Shown in pieces: positions 26,435 through 36,600 of a stretch of DNA of 64,000 nucleotides. The notes beneath the pieces were generated by a model that saw nothing but the letters and a program-made list of their open reading frames with translations, had not been told where the DNA came from and searched no databases. Origin of the DNA: Clostridia bacterium (GTDB lineage Bacteria; Bacillota; Clostridia; UMGS1810). Both the position numbers and the translations under genes were made by a program. The stretch spans positions 19,859-83,858 of the forward strand of contig JAZRGM010000052.1 in NCBI GenBank assembly GCA_045644205.1, read 5' to 3'. The stretch's first letter is position 1. Each line of letters begins with the position of its first letter.

Positions 26435-27319
26435 ATGGCAACCGAATCGGTTTTCTTATTGTCAAGAAATAAATTATATAATTATAAAACTCATGATGAA
26501 GGTGCTGATATAAGCATTAAAAGCTGTGTTACAGTTTTGCGTAAATCTGCAGAAGATGGTATTACCCATCAGATTGCTTATCATGCACACTCTGTTTATG
26601 AAATGCACTATGTTCTGGAGGGAGAGTGTGAGTTTGAAACTGATAATGGAACAAAATACAAACTTTCCAAAAATCAGTTTATTATAATCCCTCATCAGAA
26701 AAGACACAGAGTGTTAAATGAAAGTGATGTTTTTTCAAAGGTTATAACAGACTTCGACATAAGACTTAATCCGGAAAATGAAAACGAATTCTACAGTGCT
26801 TTTGAAGAAAAATTACTAAATGTTGAAATATATAATGCATCTCGTGAGCTTTTGTGGCTGGTTTCAAATCTTTTAAAAAATGTTTGCGAAAAAAAGCATG
26901 AATATAAAAGCATTATATCATCATATCTCTATGCATACATAATAGAAACAGCCCGCATTGTTGTCGGCACCATGCAAATCCGTAAAAAGAGTGAATTTGA
27001 CGACCCCAGAGTTTCTGAAGCTGTCAGATTTATAAAGGAAAACATATCAAAAGGAATTACATCAAAGGAAGTTTCTTCCAGGTGCTTTATTTCAACCAAA
27101 CAGCTGGTGCGTATCTTTCAAAAAAATTTAGGTACAACTCCTTCGGAATACATACGCAGATGTAAAATTGATTATGCCAGAAGGCTTCTTCTTGAAACGG
27201 ATATTCAGATTTCGGAAATTGCAGAACAGCTTGGATTTACAGAGGTAACTGCATTTATTAATTTCTTCAGGCGATACGAAGACATAACTCCGGCTAAATT
27301 TAGAAAACGGAGCAGATAA
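26435..27319 (+). CDS. AraC-family transcriptional regulator (cupin sensor domain plus HTH_18)
   Basis: The C-terminus ...SRCFISTKQLVRIFQKNLGTTPSEYIRRCKIDYARRLLLETDIQISEIAEQLGFTEVTAFINFFRRYEDITPAKFR is a typical AraC double HTH. I chose ATG 26435 with its GAGGTGA RBS. Confidence 0.9.
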   Translation: MATESVFLLSRNKLYNYKTHDEGADISIKSCVTVLRKSAEDGITHQIAYHAHSVYEMHYVLEGECEFETDNGTKYKLSKNQFIIIPHQKRHRVLNESDVFSKVITDFDIRLNPENENEFYSAFEEKLLNVEIYNASRELLWLVSNLLKNVCEKKHEYKSIISSYLYAYIIETARIVVGTMQIRKKSEFDDPRVSEAVRFIKENISKGITSKEVSSRCFISTKQLVRIFQKNLGTTPSEYIRRCKIDYARRLLLETDIQISEIAEQLGFTEVTAFINFFRRYEDITPAKFRKRSR

Positions 27320-27429
27320 GCATTAAAATGTCTTTATGTGTAACTTTTCTGTCTTTGAAAAATCTTTACACAAAACAATGATTTTTTTATAATTTAATTA
27401 AATAACGAAAAAATAATCAGGAGGTAAAA

Positions 27430-29643
27430 ATGATTAAAAAACTAACATCAATTCTTCTATGTGTTGTGCTTCTTGTATCAGTGCTTCCACAGGTTGGTTT
27501 TGCAGCTGGTACTGTTACAATTCTATCAAACCGTACATCAACGGAAACTTCGTTTATAAAGGCACCTGCAGGTCAGTATTCGCAAATGAACTATGGAGTG
27601 CAGCTAAACGGTGAAAGTGCAGATGCCAATCTTTTTAACTGGACTGTATCGCCTGAAGGTCAGGGAGTGTCTGTAAAAGAAGGAGGTCAGGTTATCGTAT
27701 CAGGTAATACTTCTTTGAAATCATTTAATCTTACAGCTACACTCAAAACAGATTCGACTGCAACCGCTACGGTAAATATTCCAATTGAGAGCAGTGTGCT
27801 TTATGATTTTGATAACAACATATATGGCAGCCTGACAGCTACCGAAGATAGTGATGGTAATAAGTATCTTGCTGCAAATTCAGAAGCATCAGACAAATGG
27901 ACACAGATAAAACCCGGTTCATTTGGCGGAGTAGGATATGGTACGGAAACTCTTAAGTTTAAATTTCGTCTTTCTTCCGTAACAACAAAATATCTTTTTG
28001 TTGATAACTGGGGAACCTATCTTTATGCTGTTGCAAGTACAAGTGATCCTTCTAAATTTCTTCTGAATTTGAAATCAGGTTCTCACGATAAGTACATTGC
28101 ATCCGGAGATAACTTACTTTCTTTAAACCAATGGCATGAGGTTAAGTTTGAGTTCGATTTTGGCAGTGGAAAATTTAATGTATATGTGGACGATAGATTA
28201 GATGCTAATGCAAAAAATGTGACTATGCCGGAAGCAACGAAAACTCAGGGAACATTAAGAATGAAATTTAATATTGACGATGTTGTAGCCTACAGCGGTT
28301 TTGACTACACACCCGAACTTAATATTTCAGAAAATTCCAAATCATTATTAGTTCCCACAGTAAATAACCGTACTGCTTCTGTTAAATTTGAAGCTACATC
28401 CGATGATACATCTACCCCAATAACATGGTCACTGGCGGAAAACTATACCGGTGTAACAATTAATTCTCAGACAGGTCTTGTTACAGTTGGAAATACTGCA
28501 TCTTCCGGAGATATAACAGTTAAAGCTTCTCAGGGAACTCAGGAAAAAACAGCAACTCTGTCTCTTACAAAGTTCTATGAGGATTTTGAAAGTTTCTCTT
28601 CTGGCGATACACCGAGCTCCCCTTGGATTAACGGAAGTTTTATAACAGATGAAGACAATACTTATCTTTCAAGCACCAAGGATATAACAACAAGATTCTT
28701 CTTCCCTCAGGTAACTTCCGGAAATAATCTTGTTCTTGAAGCAGATGTTGGTTATTTATCCGGCACAATAACACTTTATGCACTTAATTCGTGGACCACT
28801 TTGGCAACACCAACAAGCTTTGAAATTTTTAACCGTTCACAGTGGAACAAAGTTAAAATTGTTCTTGATTATAAAAATTCTACCTATTCAGTCTTTGTAA
28901 ATGGGAAAGCAGTCAGCTATCAAAAAGCGATGAGCAATATGGCAGATATAAAGGCGTTTGGATTTGAAAGTGCAAATGTTGATAATGTAACAGTTTATAA
29001 TGTATCCAACACAGCTCCCGAGGCACTTAATGTAGAGCTTCCTGATGTTGTTGCCGGCGATAATACAAATCTTTCTTATAAGTATTTTGATGAAAGCGGT
29101 ATGGCTGAAAACTGCACAGATATCAAGTGGTATATTTCCGATGTGAAGGATAGCGGATACACACTTATTGATGGTGAAAACACAAAGACTTTGCTCACCA
29201 CAAACCAAATGATAGGAAAATATCTTAAAGCTGTAGTAACCCCTGCTCATATTGATGAATTTGACCTGTCTGTAACAAAAACAGGAGCACCAAAAGAAGC
29301 TATTTGCCGTGTTCTTGATATGTCGGCAGAGGTCACATCTGTAACAGTTGGCGGCGAAGCTGCTGATTTTACAAAAACAAATGTAATAAATAACAATACA
29401 AATGTAGAAGTAACACTTAATCTCAAAACCGCTTTGCAGATAAAGAAAACCTTTGTAGTTGCTCTTGCATATTACAAAGATAACGAGCTTTCAGAGCTTG
29501 ACTGCAGAGAAATAGAGCTTGATGAAAACACATCATCACTCACACAAACATTAAATCTTACATCCGGTGCAGGCATATACAAAATATTTGCCTGGGATGA
29601 AAATGCAAACACACCTCTTATAAAGGTAATAAGCTTTAATTAA
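27430..29643 (+). CDS. Secreted multidomain protein: signal peptide, then two (Ig-like + LamG/ConA-like) units, then C-terminal beta domains
   Basis: The signal peptide is MIKKLTSILLCVVLLVSVLPQVGFA. Big_2-like segments are present (..WTVSPEGQGVSVKEGGQVIVSGN..; ..ITWSLAENYTGVTINSQTGLVTVGN..). Jelly-roll-like segments are present (WHEVKFEFDFGSGKFNVYVDD; WNKVKIVLDYKNSTYSVFVNG). It has no SLH domain. Confidence 0.6.
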   Translation: MIKKLTSILLCVVLLVSVLPQVGFAAGTVTILSNRTSTETSFIKAPAGQYSQMNYGVQLNGESADANLFNWTVSPEGQGVSVKEGGQVIVSGNTSLKSFNLTATLKTDSTATATVNIPIESSVLYDFDNNIYGSLTATEDSDGNKYLAANSEASDKWTQIKPGSFGGVGYGTETLKFKFRLSSVTTKYLFVDNWGTYLYAVASTSDPSKFLLNLKSGSHDKYIASGDNLLSLNQWHEVKFEFDFGSGKFNVYVDDRLDANAKNVTMPEATKTQGTLRMKFNIDDVVAYSGFDYTPELNISENSKSLLVPTVNNRTASVKFEATSDDTSTPITWSLAENYTGVTINSQTGLVTVGNTASSGDITVKASQGTQEKTATLSLTKFYEDFESFSSGDTPSSPWINGSFITDEDNTYLSSTKDITTRFFFPQVTSGNNLVLEADVGYLSGTITLYALNSWTTLATPTSFEIFNRSQWNKVKIVLDYKNSTYSVFVNGKAVSYQKAMSNMADIKAFGFESANVDNVTVYNVSNTAPEALNVELPDVVAGDNTNLSYKYFDESGMAENCTDIKWYISDVKDSGYTLIDGENTKTLLTTNQMIGKYLKAVVTPAHIDEFDLSVTKTGAPKEAICRVLDMSAEVTSVTVGGEAADFTKTNVINNNTNVEVTLNLKTALQIKKTFVVALAYYKDNELSELDCREIELDENTSSLTQTLNLTSGAGIYKIFAWDENANTPLIKVISFN

Positions 29644-29684
29644 TATCATCCTTATGCACCCGTCTGTATTTATGCGGGTGCATA

Positions 29685-29728
29685 CATTCTCTAAAAGGAA
29701 ATTTATGTAAATTACCTTTTAGAGAATG
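29685..29728. promoter_or_regulatory. 44-nt near-perfect palindrome (21-nt arms, one mismatch) upstream of the amidotransferase gene
   Basis: CATTCTCTAAAAGGAAATTTA-TG-TAAATTACCTTTTAGAGAATG. It is preceded by a second hairpin at 29653-29684 (TATGCACCCG/CGGGTGCATA). Confidence 0.5.
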
Positions 29729-29751
29729 TAAATAACAAAGGGGGCGTAGTT

Positions 29752-30786
29752 ATGTGCAACATAGCAGGTTACATTGGTGAAAAAAATGCAGCACCAATAC
29801 TTATTGATATGATAAAAAAACAAGAGATGTTTGACGGAGGCTGTTGTACGGGGATTGCCACTATTTTTGAAGGCAAAATCTATATGCGCAAAGTCTTGGG
29901 TGATGTGCAAACGCTTATAGATGAAACAGATGCTCTTTTACTTCCTGGAAAAATTGGCATTGCTCATACCAGACCCGTGGGTGACCATGGTGAATATGCT
30001 CATCCCTTTATTGCGGATAATGGCAAAATGGCTCTTGTTGAAAATGGTACACTCAGAGATGTCCACCAAACAAGCAGAAAAAGGAATGCCCTTGCCGATA
30101 TGATAGCAGAAAGTGGAATTACTTTTTCATCTCTGGTAAATGACAGTCACGAGGCATATCCCCATTTAAAAACTGGAGAAACTGTTTCTGTATGTGAGCT
30201 TGAAGCTCATATAATGGCTGATTATAAAAATAAGGGTTTTTCCATAGAAGAAGCTATGGTAAAAATGATGGCAGACATATATTCCGATATTGTATCAGTT
30301 ATAATACATACCGACAGTCCTGAAAATATATATGTAACACGCAATTCAAGACCTATGCACATATTAACTCTTTCTGATGAAACATATATTGCTTCAACAC
30401 AGTTTGCCTTTCCGAAAGAGTATATGCACTATCACACTGTATCACTTCCACCGCTCAGATGCAGTCGTATATTTAAAGGCGGATACGAGGTAACACCATA
30501 CTATGTGGAAGGCGAAAGAATAGCACCGTTGTGCGCAGAAACATACTTTAAAGCATATCAAAAAATATCAAAAATATTAGATGGCAAAAAAGGATGTCCG
30601 CTTTGTTATGATGATATTGAAAATTATATATATTTTGAATGCAGTGACATCTGGTGCGAGACACACACTCTTAATCAGTGTGCAAGTATATCCTATGAGA
30701 TACTTTTTGCATTGGAACGCGAGGGCAGACTCAAGCACATCATAAAAACAGTTGGAAACAAAAAACGTGATTTTATGTATATATGA
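29752..30786 (+). CDS. Stand-alone class II (Ntn) glutamine amidotransferase domain protein with a Cys-rich C-terminal region
   Basis: MCNIAGYIG places the nucleophile Cys at position 2. GIAHTRP and VENGTL parallel the GlmS N-domain motifs GIAHTRWATHG and HNGIIEN. There is no SIS domain. The C-terminus contains CPLCYDD...ECSDIWCETHTLNQC. Confidence 0.7.
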   Translation: MCNIAGYIGEKNAAPILIDMIKKQEMFDGGCCTGIATIFEGKIYMRKVLGDVQTLIDETDALLLPGKIGIAHTRPVGDHGEYAHPFIADNGKMALVENGTLRDVHQTSRKRNALADMIAESGITFSSLVNDSHEAYPHLKTGETVSVCELEAHIMADYKNKGFSIEEAMVKMMADIYSDIVSVIIHTDSPENIYVTRNSRPMHILTLSDETYIASTQFAFPKEYMHYHTVSLPPLRCSRIFKGGYEVTPYYVEGERIAPLCAETYFKAYQKISKILDGKKGCPLCYDDIENYIYFECSDIWCETHTLNQCASISYEILFALEREGRLKHIIKTVGNKKRDFMYI

Positions 30787-30795
30787 GGTGATTGT

Positions 30796-32478
30796 ATGCA
30801 GCTTTATGTTAAACAGGTAAATTCACTCGAAAAAATAAGACTTACTGATGAGTTAAATCATAAGGAAATATTTTTTGCAAAAGTGCTTAAAGGCGAAAGA
30901 TTTTCCTATCAGATAGCACTCCGCGGTCCGTGGGCACTTCTTGGTATAAGCATTGAATCCAAATTAAAGGATTATATAAGTATCTATTCGGTAGAAAATT
31001 CTCCAATGGACTATACTGTCTATGACGAAAGCCGCGCACCATCTGATAATGACTATATAACAAAAGAACCCGGTCTTATGCCTGATCTGCTCCTGCCTTT
31101 TGAAGAAAACGGGGCAATAAAGCTTGTAGAGGGCACATCAAAAGCAATATGGGTAAGAATTGATGTCCCAAAAGATTTAACCGCCGGAAGTTATGATATA
31201 AAAATAAGATTAAAGAGCATAGTAAAAGATGGTCTGGGCAATGCAGTTGGGGAAAGCAGCGATGGCTTTGATGTTTCAAAAACCTTTACCCTAAATGTTG
31301 TAAATGCACAAATGCCTGAACAGGAAACCATATATACCCAATGGTTTTATGCAGACTGCATATCCGATTACTATAATGTTCCTATATATTCCAAAAGGCA
31401 TTGGGAGCTTATCGAAAGCTACATAAAAACAGCTGTCGAAACCGGAATAAATATGCTTCTTATGCCGGTTATAACGCCACCCTTAGACACTATGCCCGGC
31501 ACAGCCAGACCCTGCGTTCAGCTTGTTGACATTAAGAAAGCAGATAACGGCTACATCTATAATTTTGATAAAGTTAGAAAATGGATAGCTATTTGCAAAA
31601 AATGCGGTATAAAATATTATGAAATATCCCATCTTTTTTCGCAATGGGGCTCACAATTTTCTCCAAATATACTTATAGAAGAAAACGGTGAAAAAAATTA
31701 TCGTTTTACATGGGGTATAGCTTCAGATTCAAAAGAATACACAGAATTTTTAAAATCTTTTATTCCTGAGCTTGTAAAGGTTTTAAAAGATGAAAAAATA
31801 GATGATTTTACTTTTTTTCATATTTCCGACGAACCAAGAGAAAATCACATGGAAAACTACCAAAAAGCTTACAATCTGATAAAACCTTTAATAGGGGACA
31901 TCAAAACCTGCGATGCACTCTCAGACTATAGCTTTTATGAAAAAGGTCTTGTAGAATACCCTGTGACATGTACAAATGCAATAAATGAATTTTTAAAGCA
32001 TAATGTTTACAATCAATGGGTTTACTATTGCTGTGGGCAGATAAATAAGCTCAGCAACCGCCTTTTGTCAATGCCCTCTTACCGCAACAGAATAATGGGA
32101 GTACAAATGTATAAGCACCAAATAAAAGGCTTTCTCCATTGGGGATATAATTTTTATAATTCTGAGCTTTCAGCATATAAAATTAATCCATACCAGACAA
32201 CCTCGGGTGATTCCTCATTCCCATCCGGTGACCCGTTCAGTGTGTATCCCGGCAAAAACGGGGCGGAGCTTTCTCTTAGAGCATTGGTGTTTTATGAAGG
32301 TCTTCAGGATATATCGGTCCTGAAGCTTCTTGAAAAATATATAGGCTTTGAAAAGGTGAAAGATTTTATAGAAAATGCTGCAGGTATGGATATTACCTTT
32401 GAAGATTACCCAGGAAACACTTCGTTTTTACCAAAGCTCAGACAAAAGGCAGTAGATATAATAGAAAAATACATTTAA
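30796..32478 (+). CDS. DUF4091 domain protein (GH123-like beta-N-acetylgalactosaminidase family), no signal peptide
   Basis: The size is about 560 aa and FFHISDEPRENH supplies an adjacent Asp-Glu pair as in GH123/DUF4091 proteins. The general architecture matches that family as I recall it. Confidence 0.6.
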   Translation: MQLYVKQVNSLEKIRLTDELNHKEIFFAKVLKGERFSYQIALRGPWALLGISIESKLKDYISIYSVENSPMDYTVYDESRAPSDNDYITKEPGLMPDLLLPFEENGAIKLVEGTSKAIWVRIDVPKDLTAGSYDIKIRLKSIVKDGLGNAVGESSDGFDVSKTFTLNVVNAQMPEQETIYTQWFYADCISDYYNVPIYSKRHWELIESYIKTAVETGINMLLMPVITPPLDTMPGTARPCVQLVDIKKADNGYIYNFDKVRKWIAICKKCGIKYYEISHLFSQWGSQFSPNILIEENGEKNYRFTWGIASDSKEYTEFLKSFIPELVKVLKDEKIDDFTFFHISDEPRENHMENYQKAYNLIKPLIGDIKTCDALSDYSFYEKGLVEYPVTCTNAINEFLKHNVYNQWVYYCCGQINKLSNRLLSMPSYRNRIMGVQMYKHQIKGFLHWGYNFYNSELSAYKINPYQTTSGDSSFPSGDPFSVYPGKNGAELSLRALVFYEGLQDISVLKLLEKYIGFEKVKDFIENAAGMDITFEDYPGNTSFLPKLRQKAVDIIEKYI

Positions 32479-32493
32479 AGAGAGGAAATATAT

Positions 32494-33591
32494 ATGGACT
32501 ACCGTGACTATATAACTCCAAATGACAATGATACTTTAGCATTAAACGACAGCTTGTCAATACAAAATGCAATATCAAAAGCAAAACAAATTGGTTGCAA
32601 CAAGGTTATTATTCCCCGTTTTAATAAGCGCACAGAAAGCTTTTTGTGGGAAATTGAAAAAACCATACTTCTTCCGTCAGATATACATCTCATTCTTGAT
32701 AACTGTCATCTTCGAATGGCAGATAATACCTTTTGCAATATGCTAAAAAACGAAAACTGCGGAACTCCAAAAGGCAATAGAGAAGAAGGCACACAACATA
32801 ATATCATAATTGAAGGCAGGGGAAGAGCCGTCCTTGACGGTGGAAATTATAATGGTCTTGCAGAGGATAACTACAATTCTGAAACAGGTCCGTATCCTGT
32901 AGATAACTGCACACTTATTATGACAAATGTAAAAGGCTTTACTGTTAAAAATCTTCACTTCCGTCATCAAAGATACTGGGCAATGAATTTTATGTTTTGC
33001 TCAAATGGTAAAATAAGTGACATTGATTTTATGGCAGACCATACATTTAAAGATGAAAACGGTATTATTCAAAATGTGCTGACAAGGGAATATCCCCATT
33101 CCAGTATCTGTGTTAAAAATGCCGACGGTATCGACCTTAGAGCAGGCTGCCACGATATCATTGTTGAAAACATCACAGGCTTTACAGAGGATGACACAAT
33201 CGCTCTTACAACACTTCCTGCAAAAAGTACTATGCGTTTTGCAGTAGATAATCAAAGCCTTGATATACACAATATCATCATACGAAATATAAACTCGGCA
33301 ACTCTCTATGCAAATGTGCGCCTTTTAAATCAGGGGGGCACAAAGATATATAATGTCCTCATAGATGGTATTATGGATTCGTCAAAAGATTTCCCCGGTC
33401 TTAAGCAAGGCTCATCAGGAGTAAGAATAGGTGACCATAATCTTTACGGCAGCCGACACGCCACATCCGATGAAACCTACAATATAACAGTAAGAAATGT
33501 TTATTCCGGAGCATTGGCACCCTTAAATATAGTTTGTGAAATGAAAAATTTCAATTGTGACAATATATACAGTTTTAATTCCGTAAGCTAA
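32494..33591 (+). CDS. Right-handed beta-helix protein (pectate-lyase-superfamily / GH28-like)
   Basis: The N-terminal DSLSIQNAISKAKQIGCNKVIIP is followed by NADGIDLRAGCHDIIVENITGFTEDDTIAL and SSGVRIG, which resemble the GH28 NTDGID / G.DD.IA / G..IG motifs. There is no signal peptide. Confidence 0.6.
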   Translation: MDYRDYITPNDNDTLALNDSLSIQNAISKAKQIGCNKVIIPRFNKRTESFLWEIEKTILLPSDIHLILDNCHLRMADNTFCNMLKNENCGTPKGNREEGTQHNIIIEGRGRAVLDGGNYNGLAEDNYNSETGPYPVDNCTLIMTNVKGFTVKNLHFRHQRYWAMNFMFCSNGKISDIDFMADHTFKDENGIIQNVLTREYPHSSICVKNADGIDLRAGCHDIIVENITGFTEDDTIALTTLPAKSTMRFAVDNQSLDIHNIIIRNINSATLYANVRLLNQGGTKIYNVLIDGIMDSSKDFPGLKQGSSGVRIGDHNLYGSRHATSDETYNITVRNVYSGALAPLNIVCEMKNFNCDNIYSFNSVS

Positions 33592-33603
33592 GGAGGAAGA
33601 TAT

Positions 33604-36600
33604 ATGTTAAAAAAACCAATTGCTATATTACTTATAGTCATTTTATCTGTATTAAGCCTGACTTCGGTTTCTTTTGCCGATGCGGATACTGTGACTATTC
33701 TTACCCAGAGAGCAAGCGATGAAACTGCATCTTCATCGAGCTATATTAAACCTCCAAAGGGTATAATGACAAAAATGACCTATAATGCACAGTTAAATGG
33801 CACAAATGCCGAAGCTTCTCTTTTTAGCTGGTCAGTAAGCCCTGAAAATAAAGGTGTTTTTGTTGATAATACCGGCACAGTTTATGTATCGGGCGATACA
33901 ACTATTTCGTCATTTGATTTAACGGCTTCTTTAAAATCAAATCCCTTATCTCTTGCTACAAATACAATTATCCTTGAAGAAACCGTTTTATACGATTTTG
34001 ACAATAACACTTTTTCCAATGTAACTCCCGCTGTAGAAGCAGGCGGCAACAAGTATATGCAGGGTGGCACAAATAGCGATAGCTATGTAAGAGCTAATCC
34101 AAAAGCATTTGACTCAGGCTATGGAAGTGCAACATTTTCCTATGATATAAAAATAGGGGATAGCTGTACTACAAAATATATGTGGGCAGACACAAGATAC
34201 TGGAGCATGTATGTATATCTTAATCAGTCCAACAGATGTCCTGAAATTCCGGCAGGTTATGGTTCTTCAACTGCTACGGTTATCGGAGGTGCCTTTCCTG
34301 TTGATGAGTGGACCAATATAAAGTTTGAGTTTGACTTTGCTTCCGGAAAATATGCTACCAAGGTAGGTGACACAGTCACAGGAAATCTCAGTCATAAGTC
34401 CGGTAAAGGTTTTAAGATTGCTGCTATGGGCTTTAGCTATAAGGTAGATAACATAAGAATATACAGCGGTCACGAGGTTGAAAGAACGGTTGAGGTTACA
34501 GCCCCGAGAGCCCTTTCTATTCCGGCGAGCGGTGAAACCAGCTCTAAGCTCTATGCTGATGTATCTGCCGGAAGCCTGAAGATTAATGAAGAAATAAAAT
34601 GGGAGCTTGCAGATTCTTATCCGGGTGTGAGCATAAGCGGTGATGTTATCACAGTATCAGCCGGTGCACCCTTAGCGGTAGATATTAAGGCATCCCTGAA
34701 ATCATCTCCCGCCGTATTTGATGTATATACTCTGACCTTGGTCGATGAAACAAATCTTGAATTTTCAGACAACACAAGTATGTCGGAGATTACGGGAACA
34801 ACAGAGATACTAACAGACTCCTCGTCAAATAAATACCTTAAAACCGAAGGCACATCATATATAGCTATCAACCCTTCTATGCAGTCAGGAACAGTTCTTG
34901 TTGTAGAGGCAGATATTCACAGTCTTAATGAGAACCTTTCAACTCTTGCAATATCCGATGACATAGAGTTTAAAATAAATAAATCTGAGGGCAAAATATA
35001 CGAAGACGCTAAACAAAATACGGCTATAGAGGTTGGAAGCGGCTTTACATTTACTTTTATCTTCAATGATATAAATAAAACTTATATGGCTTTTGCCGAC
35101 AGCAAGCTTATTTCAAGTGGTTCGTCGCTTGCAATTACACCTGAGAGCTTTAAATTTGATACTAATTTGTCAAGGCTTTACATAGGCTCTGCACGCCAAA
35201 AGGCTCCTTATGTTACAAAAAGAGAAATTAATGGTACTCCAATTTCCGGAAAAGAAATAAAAGCTGATGCTGAGTTTATATCCGAAAATGGCGATAATAT
35301 AACATCAAATCAGATTTCATGGTATGTTGACGGAAGCTTTGTTTCAAATGGATTAAGCTTTACTGTTCCCGAAAACTCCGAGGGTAAAGAAATATACTAT
35401 ACAATTTCAGCATCAAATGCATACGGCACAACAAACGATGTAATAAGCAAAAAGCAAAATGTTAAAAAATTTTTTGAAGCTCAGTACTTATCTGATGCAG
35501 TAAGTATTTGGGTAAATAATATCTGGGATACATCAAAAGATGTAATAGCTTATTTAAGCTTATATAATACAGATAAGTGTGTAAATATTCTTGCAAGAAA
35601 AATAAGTGTTGATGTTCCATTTTCGTCCGATGCAATTTCCGTTCCGTCATCGCAGCCATTTGACAGGATTGATGTAATTTTAACCGATGCACAAAATCAT
35701 GCCCCCTTAAGTACACCATTTACGGTTTACGGCAGCGCGCAGACTATAAACGGACAGCTTGCCGCAGTGTATATGTTAAATCCATCTGATACATCAGATG
35801 TTCTTTCAAAATTTCAGTCATCCTATAATATGAGCAATCTTGAAGCTGCGGTAGATTCTGCCGGTGATAGCATATCTTCTGTGCTTTGCAATATTTGTAT
35901 TTTAAAGCCAAAAGCAGACGGCACAGTTGACTATCCCTATACACCTGAAGTATCAGGTCTTTACAATGTGGTTGTTGTAAAAGAAGACGGCACAGCGGTA
36001 GTAAGCGATAAATACATAAATCCATCTGAAATCCTTACATTAAACGGTGCATCAAATCTTTCTGATATAAGGGTAGAGCCTGTTGTAAAGGCCTTAACAG
36101 GAAGAGAAGACATCGTAATTAATTCTGCAATAGATGTTTATTCATCTGTTGCAGACAAATCCAATGTAATAAAGCTTGCAAACGGAGATATAAATTCTGT
36201 TATTGCATCTATATACCTTGCAAAATCAGCAGAGGATGCAAAAGCGAATACATCAACAATAAACAGCGTAAAATCCGAGCTTGGTCTTCTTGGAAAGGAC
36301 ACTCTTGCAATAGAGCTTCTGTGCAAAAATGCAAGCTATACAGAACCTGTACAAAAGGCTATTTCTTCAGGTTTTACAAATATTGATACCTATCTTGCTA
36401 ACTTAAAAACAGCGTCGATACTTTGCGGTGTGAAAAATGTTGTAAATGATAAAGATGCAAAGATATTTCTTCAGCATATTTCAAATCAAAAATACAATCA
36501 GGCAGATGAAACTGGAAAAAACAAAATTGCAAATGCAGTATACGGTAAAACATACTCAAGTATAGGAGAACTTTCATCTGCTGTAAATGCAGTTACACTT

